Assembly (NCBI RefSeq): GCF_039654945.1
Contig: NW_027361806.1
Location: forward strand, 3,968,001-4,032,000
Source: Dendrobates tinctorius
Lineage: Eukaryota
Direction: 5' to 3'
Length of the DNA: 64,000 nucleotides
This document shows, piece by piece, positions 24,301 through 35,000 of the stretch. The notes beneath the pieces were generated by a model. It searched no databases, was not told the DNA's origin, and saw only the letters and a list, made by a program, of their open reading frames with translations. Every line of letters begins with the position of its first letter. Positions within the stretch are counted from its first letter, which is position 1. The translations under genes and the position numbers were made by a program.

Positions 24301-27300
24301 ACTTATCACACACCATGACACATTTTGAAACTTTTTTCGAGACAGCCACTTAAGATCCCTGTTTAAAGTACCAACACAGAGGGTCAAGGGCGCGTAGGTA
24401 GACGCATTCTTTCTCTCATAAGAGCCTCCGAAGCCAGGCCTGGGTGCTCCATCCAGCCACCCCACACATTCTCAAACTGCATGTGTTGACCTCTTTTCGC
24501 ATATATGTTCTGTTCCATCAAAACAATAAAGTTAACCTTATTAATCAGTTCCTGTCTAACTGGCGGTTTGTCATCTAACCAGTGGGCCGCAATGAGCTTT
24601 CTGGCAGCATATAGGATTCTGGCTATGGTCAGCTTCCCCCACTCATCAACTGCAATATCCTCCATGCATCCCAATACACACGTCAGCGAGTTCCTTATAA
24701 GATCCACTCCCATTACCTCCTGAGTCAAATTAAGTGTTTGTACCCAAAAGTTCTGTAGGGCAGGGCAGGACCACATCATATGTAGGAGATCTGCCCCATC
24801 CTCAGAGCAACGCGGGCAGCACGAATCCCCCCTCAGGCCCGCCCTCTTCATCCAGACCGAGGTCCTGTATACCCTATGTGTTAGGTAGAGTTGTGAGACT
24901 CTCCTGGCTTCACTCATAGAGACCTTGGGGATGAATTCGCTCTCCCACTGAGAGTCCGACATTGGTCCCACATCCTCTTCCCATTTTTCTCTGTACTTAG
25001 CCGGGTGCCTTACTAGGAATGAATCCAAAAAACCCCTATATACGAGGGAGATGAAACCCTTAGTGCCCCTCAGTAACCCTATAAGATTCACCATCACATC
25101 TGATTGCACCACTATTCTTGATGTTTTAAGCTGTCGATCGACTGCATGCCGCAGCTGCAGATATTGAAAGAAGAGAGATTGACTAAGAGGGAACTCCCTC
25201 CTGATCTCGTCAAAAGTCTTAAGCATGCCGTCAACCAACAGTTGTGACACAAACCATATCCCGACCCTTCTCCATTGAGCAAATCCTCTCAGACGTATTA
25301 ACTCCCCGAGTCTCGGATCAAACCAAACCGACGAAAAGCGCGTGAACTCCGCGATGCCCCTCCATTGTCTAACTCTTTGCCAAATCTTGTCCACCATAGC
25401 GATCGTCGGGAGCCTTTTAGGGTTCACCTAGAACCTACCAGCCTCTAGACTAGCCAGCAGCAGACCTCTGCCCACTATAAACTCAAGGACCTTCCCAGCC
25501 GACCTATATTGAGTTGGCTCCCCCCACCCCACCATATGCTGACATTGGGATGACATATAATAAACCCACGGGTCTGGGATTGCCAGGCCCCCCTCTTCTT
25601 TTGACCTCTGTAGATGTTCATGTTTAATGCGTGCCATACTACCCTTCCAGATCAAGTCCCGGAAAAGAGAATCAATCCGGTAGAATTTATTTTGCGTCAA
25701 CCAGACAGGTGTATTATGAAGTATATATAGGAGCTGGGGCATGAGGATCATTTTTAATAAATTTGCTCTACCTGCCACAGACAGGAATAGTTTCTTCCAT
25801 GCTCCAATTTTTTGTTGAAACTTTTTGATAAGGGGGGTAAGATTGAGACGTTCATATTCCTCCAATTTAGCCGAGACCACAATGCCCAAATATTTAAACT
25901 CCCTAACCACCCTCAAAGGGGTCCTAGGGTCTAGCGTTAGGGGAGCAGCCGAGTCCACGGGAAGCAACACAGATTTATCCCAGTTGATAGTCAGTCCAGA
26001 AATAGAGCCGAATTTACCAATAACTGCCACAGCCGAACTCAGGGAGTCGCTCGGGTCAGCCAGAAACAGCAGCACATCATCCACGTATAAAGCCACTTTC
26101 TCTATGTGGCAGCCATATTGGAATCCCCGGATATCCGTGGTACCCCGAATCTTTGCCGCTAACGGCTCTACCGCAATCGCAAACAGCAGGGGGGACAGGG
26201 GACACCCCTGCCTCGTTCCCCTATATAGGGAGAAACTCTCAGACAGCAAACCATTAACCCGCATTTTAGCACTAGGGGATGTATATAGCAAACGCACCCA
26301 ACTCACAAACTGATCACCAAATCCCATGGTTCTCATTACCGCCCACAAATACCTCCACTCCACATTGTCGAACGCCTTAGCGGCATCTAGGGAAACTGTT
26401 ACCCTCTGTCCCACATTATCCGCCCTCGCCTGCATGTTTAAGTATAATCGCCGGAGATTTATAGCTGTGGATTTATTGGGCATAAACCCTGACTGGTCTT
26501 GATGAATTAGGGATTCGATGACCTTGTTAAGTCGGTTCGCCAGCATTTTGGCCAATAACTTAATGTCAGTGGTCAACAAAGAGATTGGACGATATGAAGC
26601 TGGGTCCGTCAAATCTTTTCCCTGCTTTGGTAGGACAACAATTATCGCCTCTCGCATGGACCAGGGCAGCTCCCCCCTCGCCAAACCCGCAGAGTAAACC
26701 TCCATCAACTTGGGAAGCAACACCTCCTTGTATTTTTTGTAGACTTCCCCTGGGATACCGTCCCCCCACCGGGGCCCTGTCACCAGGTACAGAGGCCAGA
26801 GCTGCCTCAAGTTCCTCCATATCAAAGGGCTCCTCAAGAAGCCTCTGCTCCGCTAGTGAGAGTCGTGGAAGCTGCAACCCCACTAAAAGGTTATCAATTT
26901 CCTCCTCCGACGGCTGCACGTGTGACTGGTACAGATTGGAGTAAAATCCCATCATCACCTCCAGTATGGCCCTACTGCCTGTATGCTCACATCCGTCTTT
27001 CCCCTTTAATTTAGCAATATACGCTGATTCCCTTTGGACCGCCACCACCCTGGATAGAAGGTGACCCGCTCTCTCTCCCTCCTCGAAAAACTTCACTGTG
27101 CAGAACAGCCTTTTCCTCTCCGTAGTTTTCATAGTCACATTACAAACCTCTCTCTGCGCTGATCTCAAATGGTGCCGGGCCTCAGGGGTTTGCTCCTCAA
27201 TTAGTGCCGCCTCTGCTCCCTCTAATGACCTAATCAATTCCTGGTCTCTCCTGCCCTTCTCGGTCTTAACTAGCGATATGTCTTTAATGCACAGCCCTCT

Positions 27301-30300
27301 AAAGTAGGCCTTCATGGTTTCCCATACCATTAATACCGAGGCCGAGCCCATATTAATTTTAAAGAACTCTGTCAGGTCAGCCCCCACATGGCCGTCCAGA
27401 TCAATCAGCTGGAGCCAGAACGGATTTAGCCTCCACAGGGGTCTCCTGGAAAACTCGGAGCCCTGCCCCTGAAGCACCACACACATAGGCAAGTGATCCG
27501 ACAGAGTTCTAGCCAAATAAGTTACCTCACCCACTAGACTTAACATCGGACCATTCCCCAGAGCCAGATCAATCCTGGACAGCGAGGCAGAGGCGGGCGA
27601 GAAGCAGGAGTACTTATAGGTTCCGGGGTGATGGATTCTCCATATGTCTATTAGTGCAGTCTCCTTCAGAACCGCCCCAAAGGGGGTGCAGTTACCACCC
27701 GGGTCTCAGCACCTCCCGACCACCCCTGTCCCAATGGGCATCAGGAACATTGTTGAAGTCGCCAATTATCACAAAGGGAATCCCCGGGAAATCGCCCTCT
27801 ACCTCCATGACCTTGTACAGCAATTTCCCACAATACAGCGGAAGGATATATATCGAGATCAGTAACATCAGTATACCAGACAATTTACATAGCAAGCATA
27901 CGAACCGTCCCAGAGGGTCTACAATCACTTTACACTGTTCAAAAAGCATACCTGTGCGAACAAGAACACTGACCCCCCCGTGAGTATGAGGAATATGTTG
28001 CATGATACCCCGCCTGCAGCCACCGTTTTTTAAGAAGATGCGTTCTACTCTCTATCAAGTGGGTTTCTTGCAAGCATATGACTGCAGGTTTGGCATCGAG
28101 CAAGAACGTAAACATTGCCTGTCTTTTTACTCCAGATGCCAACCCCCTTGTTTACCCCTGTTTAACGCTACAGAACTCACCAAAGCGCATCAGTGACAGC
28201 CGGGGAGGTAAAATCAGCTCCAATGCATCGTAGGCGGCAGAGAACTCTGATGACGTTGCCATCTACGACGCCCGTAACCTGCCGAAGGAGAAAATACAAA
28301 GAATAGACTGGATGTTCTGGGGAGGCCACACTGCATGAGCCTGGGTCCTCAGTGTTGTGGTGGTTGGGGCTTACCTGATCATAGGAGATAGAAGCCACTG
28401 CCCCGGCTGTGTACCTGCCCACCCCTGGCAGCAGTTTCTGTAAGTCTTCTGCAGTGCGAGGCATCTGACCTCCAAACTCTCGCATAACCTGGAGGCCAAT
28501 GAAGCCAAGGCGTGATTGAACATGGACCAAACCATTCAACTCATTTATTTTAAAGAAATAAAAGGTTAAGTAATATGGACACCTTCCACAAACCTTCTGA
28601 GCTCCTACATGCAGACGCCGTCCACGGGAGTAATACCCTAGACCCGACCACTTCTCATTCACCTCCTAGAGGGAGAGGAAAGGGGGGGGAAGTGAATATT
28701 TAAAGAGCATTTCCCACCATTACCATAAAATCTTCAGTTAATAGAAGTCGTTCTCCTCTGTCATGTCCTCCTTTGAGGCGTCATCCCGCTTTCCTGGAGT
28801 CCTGAACAGCAGATCTGAACTGCTGCACACATTCTAGCTCTGCCCTTCAGACGCCGGGGAAAGTTGGGTGACGACCTGTGCAGGATAAAGAACGGCTGTA
28901 TAGAATTACAGATTGTACTTTTTATAATTCTCCTTTCTCAAAGGTAAGGGTTAAATCTTTTACATATTGCATTGGGCTGTGAAATCATTGGATGTGGGAT
29001 CTTGCAGAGCATCGCACCTGGTAATGCAGACCCTTCAAAATGCAACACACAGATGGTCCCGGTCACCCACCTCCAGTGACGCCATCGCCAGATCTTGAAC
29101 TGTCGGCCACTTCTGCAGGACAAAGACCCAGAAATGTTAGTGGATGAGATACTTTCAAGGGCAAAGGCCACTGAAAATGTTTACATAATCCCCTCCCCTG
29201 AGTTCTCCGTCACCTTCATCCACCTGGTGTAGTAGTCGATGACTGTGGACACCTGCGTCTGCTGCAGCATGACCTCCGACACCCAAACTGAGAAGAGGGG
29301 GGACATGAAGTTATCTTAAGGAAATAGGACGACTGACTATAGTCTAAGGGTCCGGGACCACTCCCAGCCAGATTATATAGTGTCAGAGCGCTAAAACACG
29401 AGCAGCTGATATTAGCCACATATGATGTAAATGTCCAAGGAGCTTCCAGCCAGCGATTCCCCAGTACACAATGGCTGATAACAGATAGCAATAGATTACA
29501 TGCACTTGTCCTAAAGCTATTTTTTCCCCAAATGATAATTACAGATAATAGAGGTAATACCATACATTTACCCATCCTACAGTCAGAAATGGCTGATAAC
29601 AGTGGGCAATAGAATGCATTTACCTGCCTTAAACGCTAAAGGAGATGATAACAGAAAACAACAGATCTTAAGAAATCACCTGAGTATGCTCTGAGGTTCA
29701 AATCCATTTCTGCACTGGCCTAGAAGAAAGAGGACGACTCTATTATAGGAAATGTATCAGTGTCATCCAGACATCTCTACAAAGAAAATCTCAAGCAGTG
29801 AAATAGCGAGTGCAGCTCTGAAGTATAACACAGGATGTAACTTAGGAACAGTACAGGATCAGTAATGTAAGTACACAGTGACTGCACCAGCAGAATAGTG
29901 AGTGCAGCTCTGGAGTATAATACAGGTTGTAACTCAGGATCAGTAATATAATGTATGTACACAGTGACTGCACCAACAGAATAGTGAGTGCAGCTCTGGA
30001 GTATAATACAGGATGTAACTCAGGATCAGTAATGTAATGTATGCACACAGTGACTGCATCATCGGAATAGTGAGTGCAGCTCTGGAGTGTAATACAGGAT
30101 GTAACTCAGGATCAGTAATGTAATGTATGTACACAGTGACTGCACCAACAGAATAGTGAGTGCAGCTCTGGAGTATAATACAGGATGTAACTCAGGATCA
30201 GTAATGTAATGTATGCACACAGTGACTGCATCATCGGAATAGTGAGTGCAGCTCTGGAGTGTAATACAGGATGTAACTCAGGATCAGTAATGTAATGTAT

Positions 30301-31090
30301 GTACACAGTGACTACACCAGCAGAATAGTGAGTGCAGCTCTGGAGTATAATACAGGATGTAACTCAGGATCAGTAATGTAATATATGTACACAGTGACTG
30401 TACCAGCAGAATAGTGAGTGCAGCTCTGGGGTACAATACAGGATGTAACTCAGGATCAGTAATGTATGTACACAGTGACTGCAGCAGCACAACAGCGAGT
30501 GCAGCGCTGGTTCGGATATTAAAGCACTTTAACCCTGCTGTTCTGTTCGGTTCCATATGATCCGAAATGAAATTTGAGACCCTGCCCATTATGTAACCTT
30601 TTTCTGAAAAAAAATAAAAATAAAAATTACGTTTTAAATTCACTTTTCATTTGTTTATGATCAACCATGTTCACATACAGTTTAATAATGAAATAGGTAT
30701 CCAACTAAAACACTTACAGTAACTAAAATCAACATTAGAATAGGTCGGGTCAAATTGACCCTAAACCGTACAAGTGTTTAGTAAATGCGATCAGAACAGT
30801 AGAGTTTTAATCTCGTACCAGTCTCCGCCATGGCAGGTCTCGTTTGCATTGGTCGTACCAGGCGAGGAGTTCCTTCCTGAGGGTGACCGTCTCCTCTGAT
30901 GTAAATATATGGTATGGAGAATGATGGATGGTGGGCTCTGCAGTGAGAACACACAGTAAGAATCCCTGCCGGCTGCCAGACGACATGGTGGCACCCTATG
31001 CCGTACCTCCGCCATCTCACCTCTGGCTTTCTGTTTGCTCGGGGACGTCGGCTCCTTCTTTGGGGCCCGTTTTGTGGCTGAGCGCCCCAT
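15304..31090 (-). CDS. MUTYH: Adenine DNA glycosylase MutY homolog, ~504 aa, 15 coding exons
   Basis: GT-AG, phase-consistent exons: 31090-31021, 30937-30819, 29719-29680, 29287-29214, 29112-29071, 28665-28594, 28488-28375, 28278-28181, 23918-23774, 19493-19403, 19030-18845, 18776-18631, 18419-18267, 15544-15494, 15417-15304 (1515 nt). Motifs: [17 protein letters not shown], Hh[15 protein letters not shown], Fe-S C-x6-C-x2-C-x5-[19 protein letters not shown] box QRSIQSFF. Confidence 0.95.
16224..16694. mobile_element. PIF/Harbinger-type MITE (same family as 49309-49767)
   Basis: TAA|GGCCTCTTTCACACTTC...GAAGTGTGAAAGAGGCC|TAA. Internal GGATCCG repeats. Confidence 0.85.
16896..17529. mobile_element. 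Non-autonomous DNA transposon with GGAGTC subterminal repeats
   Basis: TIR CAGGGCTGTGGAGTCGG / CCGACTCCACAGCCCTG. Flanks CTATGCG / CTATGCA. Superfamily not assigned. Confidence 0.75.
18042..18060 (-). promoter_or_regulatory. CTCF core motif
   Basis: Minus strand reads TGTCCACTAGGGGGCGCTG, matching the CCASYAGRKGGCRS consensus. Confidence 0.55.
19657..23418. mobile_element. Penelope-like retroelement, palindromic insertion in a MUTYH intron
   Basis: Outer inverted arms 19657-~20535 and ~22538-23418. Inner inverted arms ~21220-21650 and ~22065-22500. GIY-YIG fragment 21561..21908(-) (CGICPCC...[16 protein letters not shown]...VGRTKR). Hammerhead at 20574-20632. Confidence 0.85.
20574..20632 (-). 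ncRNA. Type I hammerhead ribozyme motif
   Basis: UGGACAUAGCC-CUGACGA-A-GAGGGG-AGACAA-CCCCUC-GAA-ACGCGUC-GGAUUGUGUCCA. About 11-bp stem I with one bulge, perfect 6-bp stem II, palindromic stem III ACGCGU, GUC triplet. Confidence 0.85.
24131..28147 (-). mobile_element. L1-clade LINE, 5'-truncated (ORF2 only, disrupted)
   Basis: APE endonuclease (CLQETHL, GDFN, SDH), RT ([29 protein letters not shown]) and C-terminal CPRC...HMMWSCP. 16-bp TSD TTGTTTACCCCTGTTT at 24115-24130 and 28148-28163. AATAAA at 24152-24147. Several frameshifts and an in-frame stop at 25428. Confidence 0.93.
29800..30505. repeat. 86-bp tandem satellite, ~8 units, in a MUTYH intron
   Basis: Unit GCACCAGCAGAATAGTGAGTGCAGCTCTGGAGTATAATACAGGATGTAACTCAGGATCAGTAATGTAATGTATGTACACAGTGACT. 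Confidence 0.95.
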
Positions 31091-31283
31091 TCTGTCAGGA
31101 AGGGAATGATTGGTTATACTGGTACTTATTCCAGAAGATGCACTACAACCCCCAGCATGCCACACTGACTCTGCATACAACGCTGTGTCTGCTAATTTCT
31201 ATTTACAGTGTAACAGGAGCTGGATTAGCAATTATTCCCGATGCTCACGTCCATTTCCAACATGGACGCCTAGGACTGTTTAA

Positions 31284-31400
31284 GGCTAGTTTCACATTTG
31301 CGTCTTTGTGCGCAGCGCATCGTGCGTTTTTTTATGCGCATTCGTTCTCTAGGTGTTAAACGATGCGCTGAGCAAAAAAAACGCTAATGTGAAACCAGCC
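31284..31400. mobile_element. Short PIF/Harbinger-type MITE
   Basis: TAA|GGCTAGTTTCACATT...AATGTGAAACCAGCC|TAA. Ends are related to 11715-12231. Confidence 0.75.
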
Positions 31401-31549
31401 TAAGTTGACTTTTAACAGAAGGGAAAAAAGCTGCTCAGCGCCGCCATCACTGATACTGGAAGGAAGCCGCATAGTCACGAGGTGTCGTTGACGGATTTAC
31501 AAACGGTAAAATACAATTCAATCAACTTTATCGTTAGTAAACACAGCAC

Positions 31550-31915
31550 AGCAGACCACGTGACAGGACACATGCGACCGCCGATGACCACGTGACTCCT
31601 TACCTGCAGTGCAGCGTCTGGATCGCTTTAAACTATTATATTCTACGTCATGAGAAGGCGCCATAAATCAGAGCGGTCAGTGTAAAAGGTGCAGTCTCCG
31701 CGCTACAAGAAACGGCAGGACACGCCCTCTATGTCTTTCTCCTATCTTGATTGGCTCTAGCTGGACAGAGAGGGTGGAGTTTAGTTATGACTGATGTGTT
31801 AACCATCCAATAACAGGACTCATTAGTACCAACAAGGAGCACGTGATCTAACGTCATTAGCGTGCGCCGGAAATGAAGCTGTAGCGGTCGGGATTGAAGC
31901 TGTAGCTTCCTGTGA
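31550..31915. promoter_or_regulatory. MUTYH/TOE1 bidirectional promoter with probable non-coding first exons
   Basis: E-boxes CACGTG (31557, 31589, 31840), CCAAT boxes (31750, 31807), ETS CCGGAA (31867), CRE half-sites. Minus-strand donor CAG|GTAAGG at 31604. Weaker plus-strand donor at 31911. Confidence 0.7.
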
Positions 31916-32096
31916 GGTTTATGGTGGGTGGTTTTTCTTCAGACATTGATTAATCTGTCTGAATATATTTCGCATAGAAACACGTGCAGCTGTGAGACGC
32001 TCCGCAGCCCAGGCCTCACTGCTCCTCCCGCCGGGTGGCAGCAGGGGGTAGGCTCTCTGATTATTTGTGCTGATTTTCTGCGTTTCTCAGGTGAAG

Positions 32097-35000
32097 ATGA
32101 CGACTCTGAAGATCCCGGTGATCGACGTTCACAATGATAATTTTGGCGAGCTCTGGCCGTCCATATTACTGGCACTGAAGACGTCCACGTTTATCGCCGT
32201 GGACACTGTAGGTGACGCTTCCTCCCACAGGCCGCACCATCATTATAGTTATGGTGGGGAAATTACGGTGTGACTGAGGATAAAGTCGTCTGAATGCACA
32301 CAAAACCACTGATGACATGTGCACGAGCCGCTCAGTTGAGCGTCCATGTTTTCTGAATAGGGAGAGGAGAGAGAGTCTGTCACCACCTGAGATATCTAAC
32401 AGCTGCTATCTCCTCTCAGCTAAAGAATCGGGCACATTCCAGTCCAGCAGCCCGATGGTTTCCACATTGAGTCGGGACGCACATTGCATGGTTAAAGGGT
32501 TTGTTCTGTCTAAAATGACAAGTCTGCAGTGACTCTGTGTGACTGCAGACTTGTGAAAGGAGAGAAATTTGGCTCTAACAAACAAGCCTGATGAAAAGGG
32601 GTGTTCCCATCTCCAAGCTCTTATCCCGCTATGTAGTAGGTGTAATAATAAAAATATTAGCAAATGCCTCCAATTAGAAATGTAGTATAGTTCTTTTGAT
32701 TTGCTATGACTCTTTCCTTATGTGCAGGCATTGCATTAGGTATCCATGGTTACAACCACTAGCAACCAGCTAATTTTCACTATTTCAGTGGTCGTAACCG
32801 TGGATACATAATGTAGTGCCTGCACATAAGGAAAGAGACATAGCAAAATCAGAAGAACTACACAACTTTTCAAATTGGAAGTATTAGCTATTATTATTGC
32901 ATTAGAATGTCCAAGGCTCCACATCACATTCTATGGAGACAAAGTACTGCACCTTTGAGTTGTCACTATTTATAAAGAGATGCAGGTGGTGCTCAGCAGG
33001 ATAAATATTCAAAGTCCATGTTGCAAGTATGAGAAAAATGCGGCACTCACCATTTCTTTAAATAAATTCAGTCCTTTATTTAATCTTTAGGCAAATAAGC
33101 GGCGGCAGGCAGGGGATGCAGGGATATGTGTAAGATGGACGACGGACGGTTCGCATTGAACACGGTGCTTCTACGGGTGCAAAACCGTTTTGGACCCATA
33201 GAAGCCTGGTGTTCAGTGCAAGTTCTAGTGTAATTATAATAATTTTCTCATACTTGCAACATGGAATTATTATTTTTACATTTACCACATGTTGGGCTAG
33301 GATCTTGGTAATGGGAATACCCCTTTAAGGGTGCTGCGAGATCTGAAACACGTAAATGCTGATGTTCGCTCGTTCTTCCCTGCATATCCTTCAGCCATGG
33401 TGACAGCAGAGGCGGCTCAGCGGCAGAAAACCACTGCTGAGAAGATGACTGCAAAATCGAGCTTGTGAGGGTGGATTTACTGGCAGGAGTTAATTGTGCG
33501 GGGTGTTCCGCATAGGAGAGCGGTGGCACCATAGTTTGCTTATGTGGGGGCATCGTAGTGTGTGGGAACACAAAGGAGCTTCACTTAAAATCAGTATTTT
33601 TTATATTTGTATGAAGAACTGCTTGCTGTTCGGAAAATGGCTTAGGTTAAAAAAAAATTGCTGCAATCAGTGTTCTTTTCTATTTCTCGTTCGCCTTATT
33701 GGGGGACACAGAGACCTTGGGTGTATGCTGCTGCCACTAGGAGGCTGACACTATGCACAAAAAAAAATTAGCTCCTCCTCCGCAGTGTACACCCCACCGA
33801 CCGGCAGAGAATTCCTCAGTTTAGCTTAGTGTCAGTAGGAGGTGGACACGGGTCTTTTATTAGACCCATATCTACCTCGTCGTGCGTCGTTCCTTTTCAG
33901 GTTCTACGGAGGGATACAGAGTGAAAAGTCACATCTGTACTCCCACATGGAGTCTGCAAGTACGGCGTGTACTGCCACCCCGTATCCTTGCAGTTCTCCG
34001 CGGCAGGACCAGCCAGACGGACGCCGACACCAAGACGTGCCAGCGACTCCAGGGGTCCTTGTCGCCAGTCTCCCTCCCACTCGCCTACCAGAGCCTGTCG
34101 GTTGGATGAGACGCAAAGACTTCTTCAGACAGGTAATGGATCGTGGATGGGTGAGTATTAGGCCCCGGCTTCATATTTATTTTCCTGGCTGCCCATTCCC
34201 GACGGTCACCTCTTCAATGGCACAGGGGAACCCGGTTGTAGGCGCTGCGGTCGCTCGCAGTCGCCACAAGGCTATAGGCAGCTCAATGTTGCCGGGCATC
34301 CCCCCCCCCTTTTCTGGGGACAGGGAGCACAGGGTTTTTTTTTTTTTTTCCCTATTGGGAGCGACTTGCGTCTGCGGCGTCCCTCTTTTTCGGACCTCCG
34401 TGCCGACCCCCTGCTGACAGGCGGCCGCCGCAACTAATTTAGGCCCCGGCTTCAGTTCGGGCCTACCGCTGCGTCGCGGCCACGCCCTCCGCCCCTTTCT
34501 TCTAAGCGGGCTTCTCTCCCGCTCTTCCCAGGCCCTCCCACCGCCTGTCCTTCACCTGCCCAGCCTGTCATTGGCTAGAGGGCGGTGAATCATTAACCCT
34601 GCGTGGTGCTCCGCCCTTCCTCTCCTAAGGCGCGCTTTTTCTCAGGACGGCGCCATTTTCCCAGCCTGTTAGCCGGGCACCAACTCCTCACTGGACATCA
34701 TCTTCTCCAGCTGGTTTTTTGTCAGGAGGGCTGTCGGCCGGATTTCGCTCTGACCTGCATCCACTGACAGGTCGCAGAGCATCGCTTCTGGGGACACCGG
34801 ACCGTGAGTAGCTCTGCACTGCAGACTGACCCTTCTCCGCCCTCTGTCCCCCAACCTTCCGGCATTACCTCAGCTTTTCACTATGTCTAAGTCTGATCGT
34901 ACCCGCTCTACCGCCCCCCCCTGCACTTTAGTCAAGTACTTTGCATGTTCTTCGTGCAATCGCAAACTTCCCTCAGGCCAGTCCACTCCCCTCTGCCTGG

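Noticed and set aside
28142-28181. MUTYH-L1 ORF2 fusion by intron read-through
   Set aside because: The exon frame hits TGA immediately at the donor (TGG TGA).
29777-30643. Repeated 64-aa ORFs (also 63261-63987) and a CRISPR-like periodicity
   Set aside because: 86-bp tandem satellite with no unique spacers and no cas genes, in vertebrate introns.
31604-31664. ATG at 31664 as a MUTYH mitochondrial leader
   Set aside because: Splicing 31604 to 31091 puts it out of frame with the ATG at 31090.
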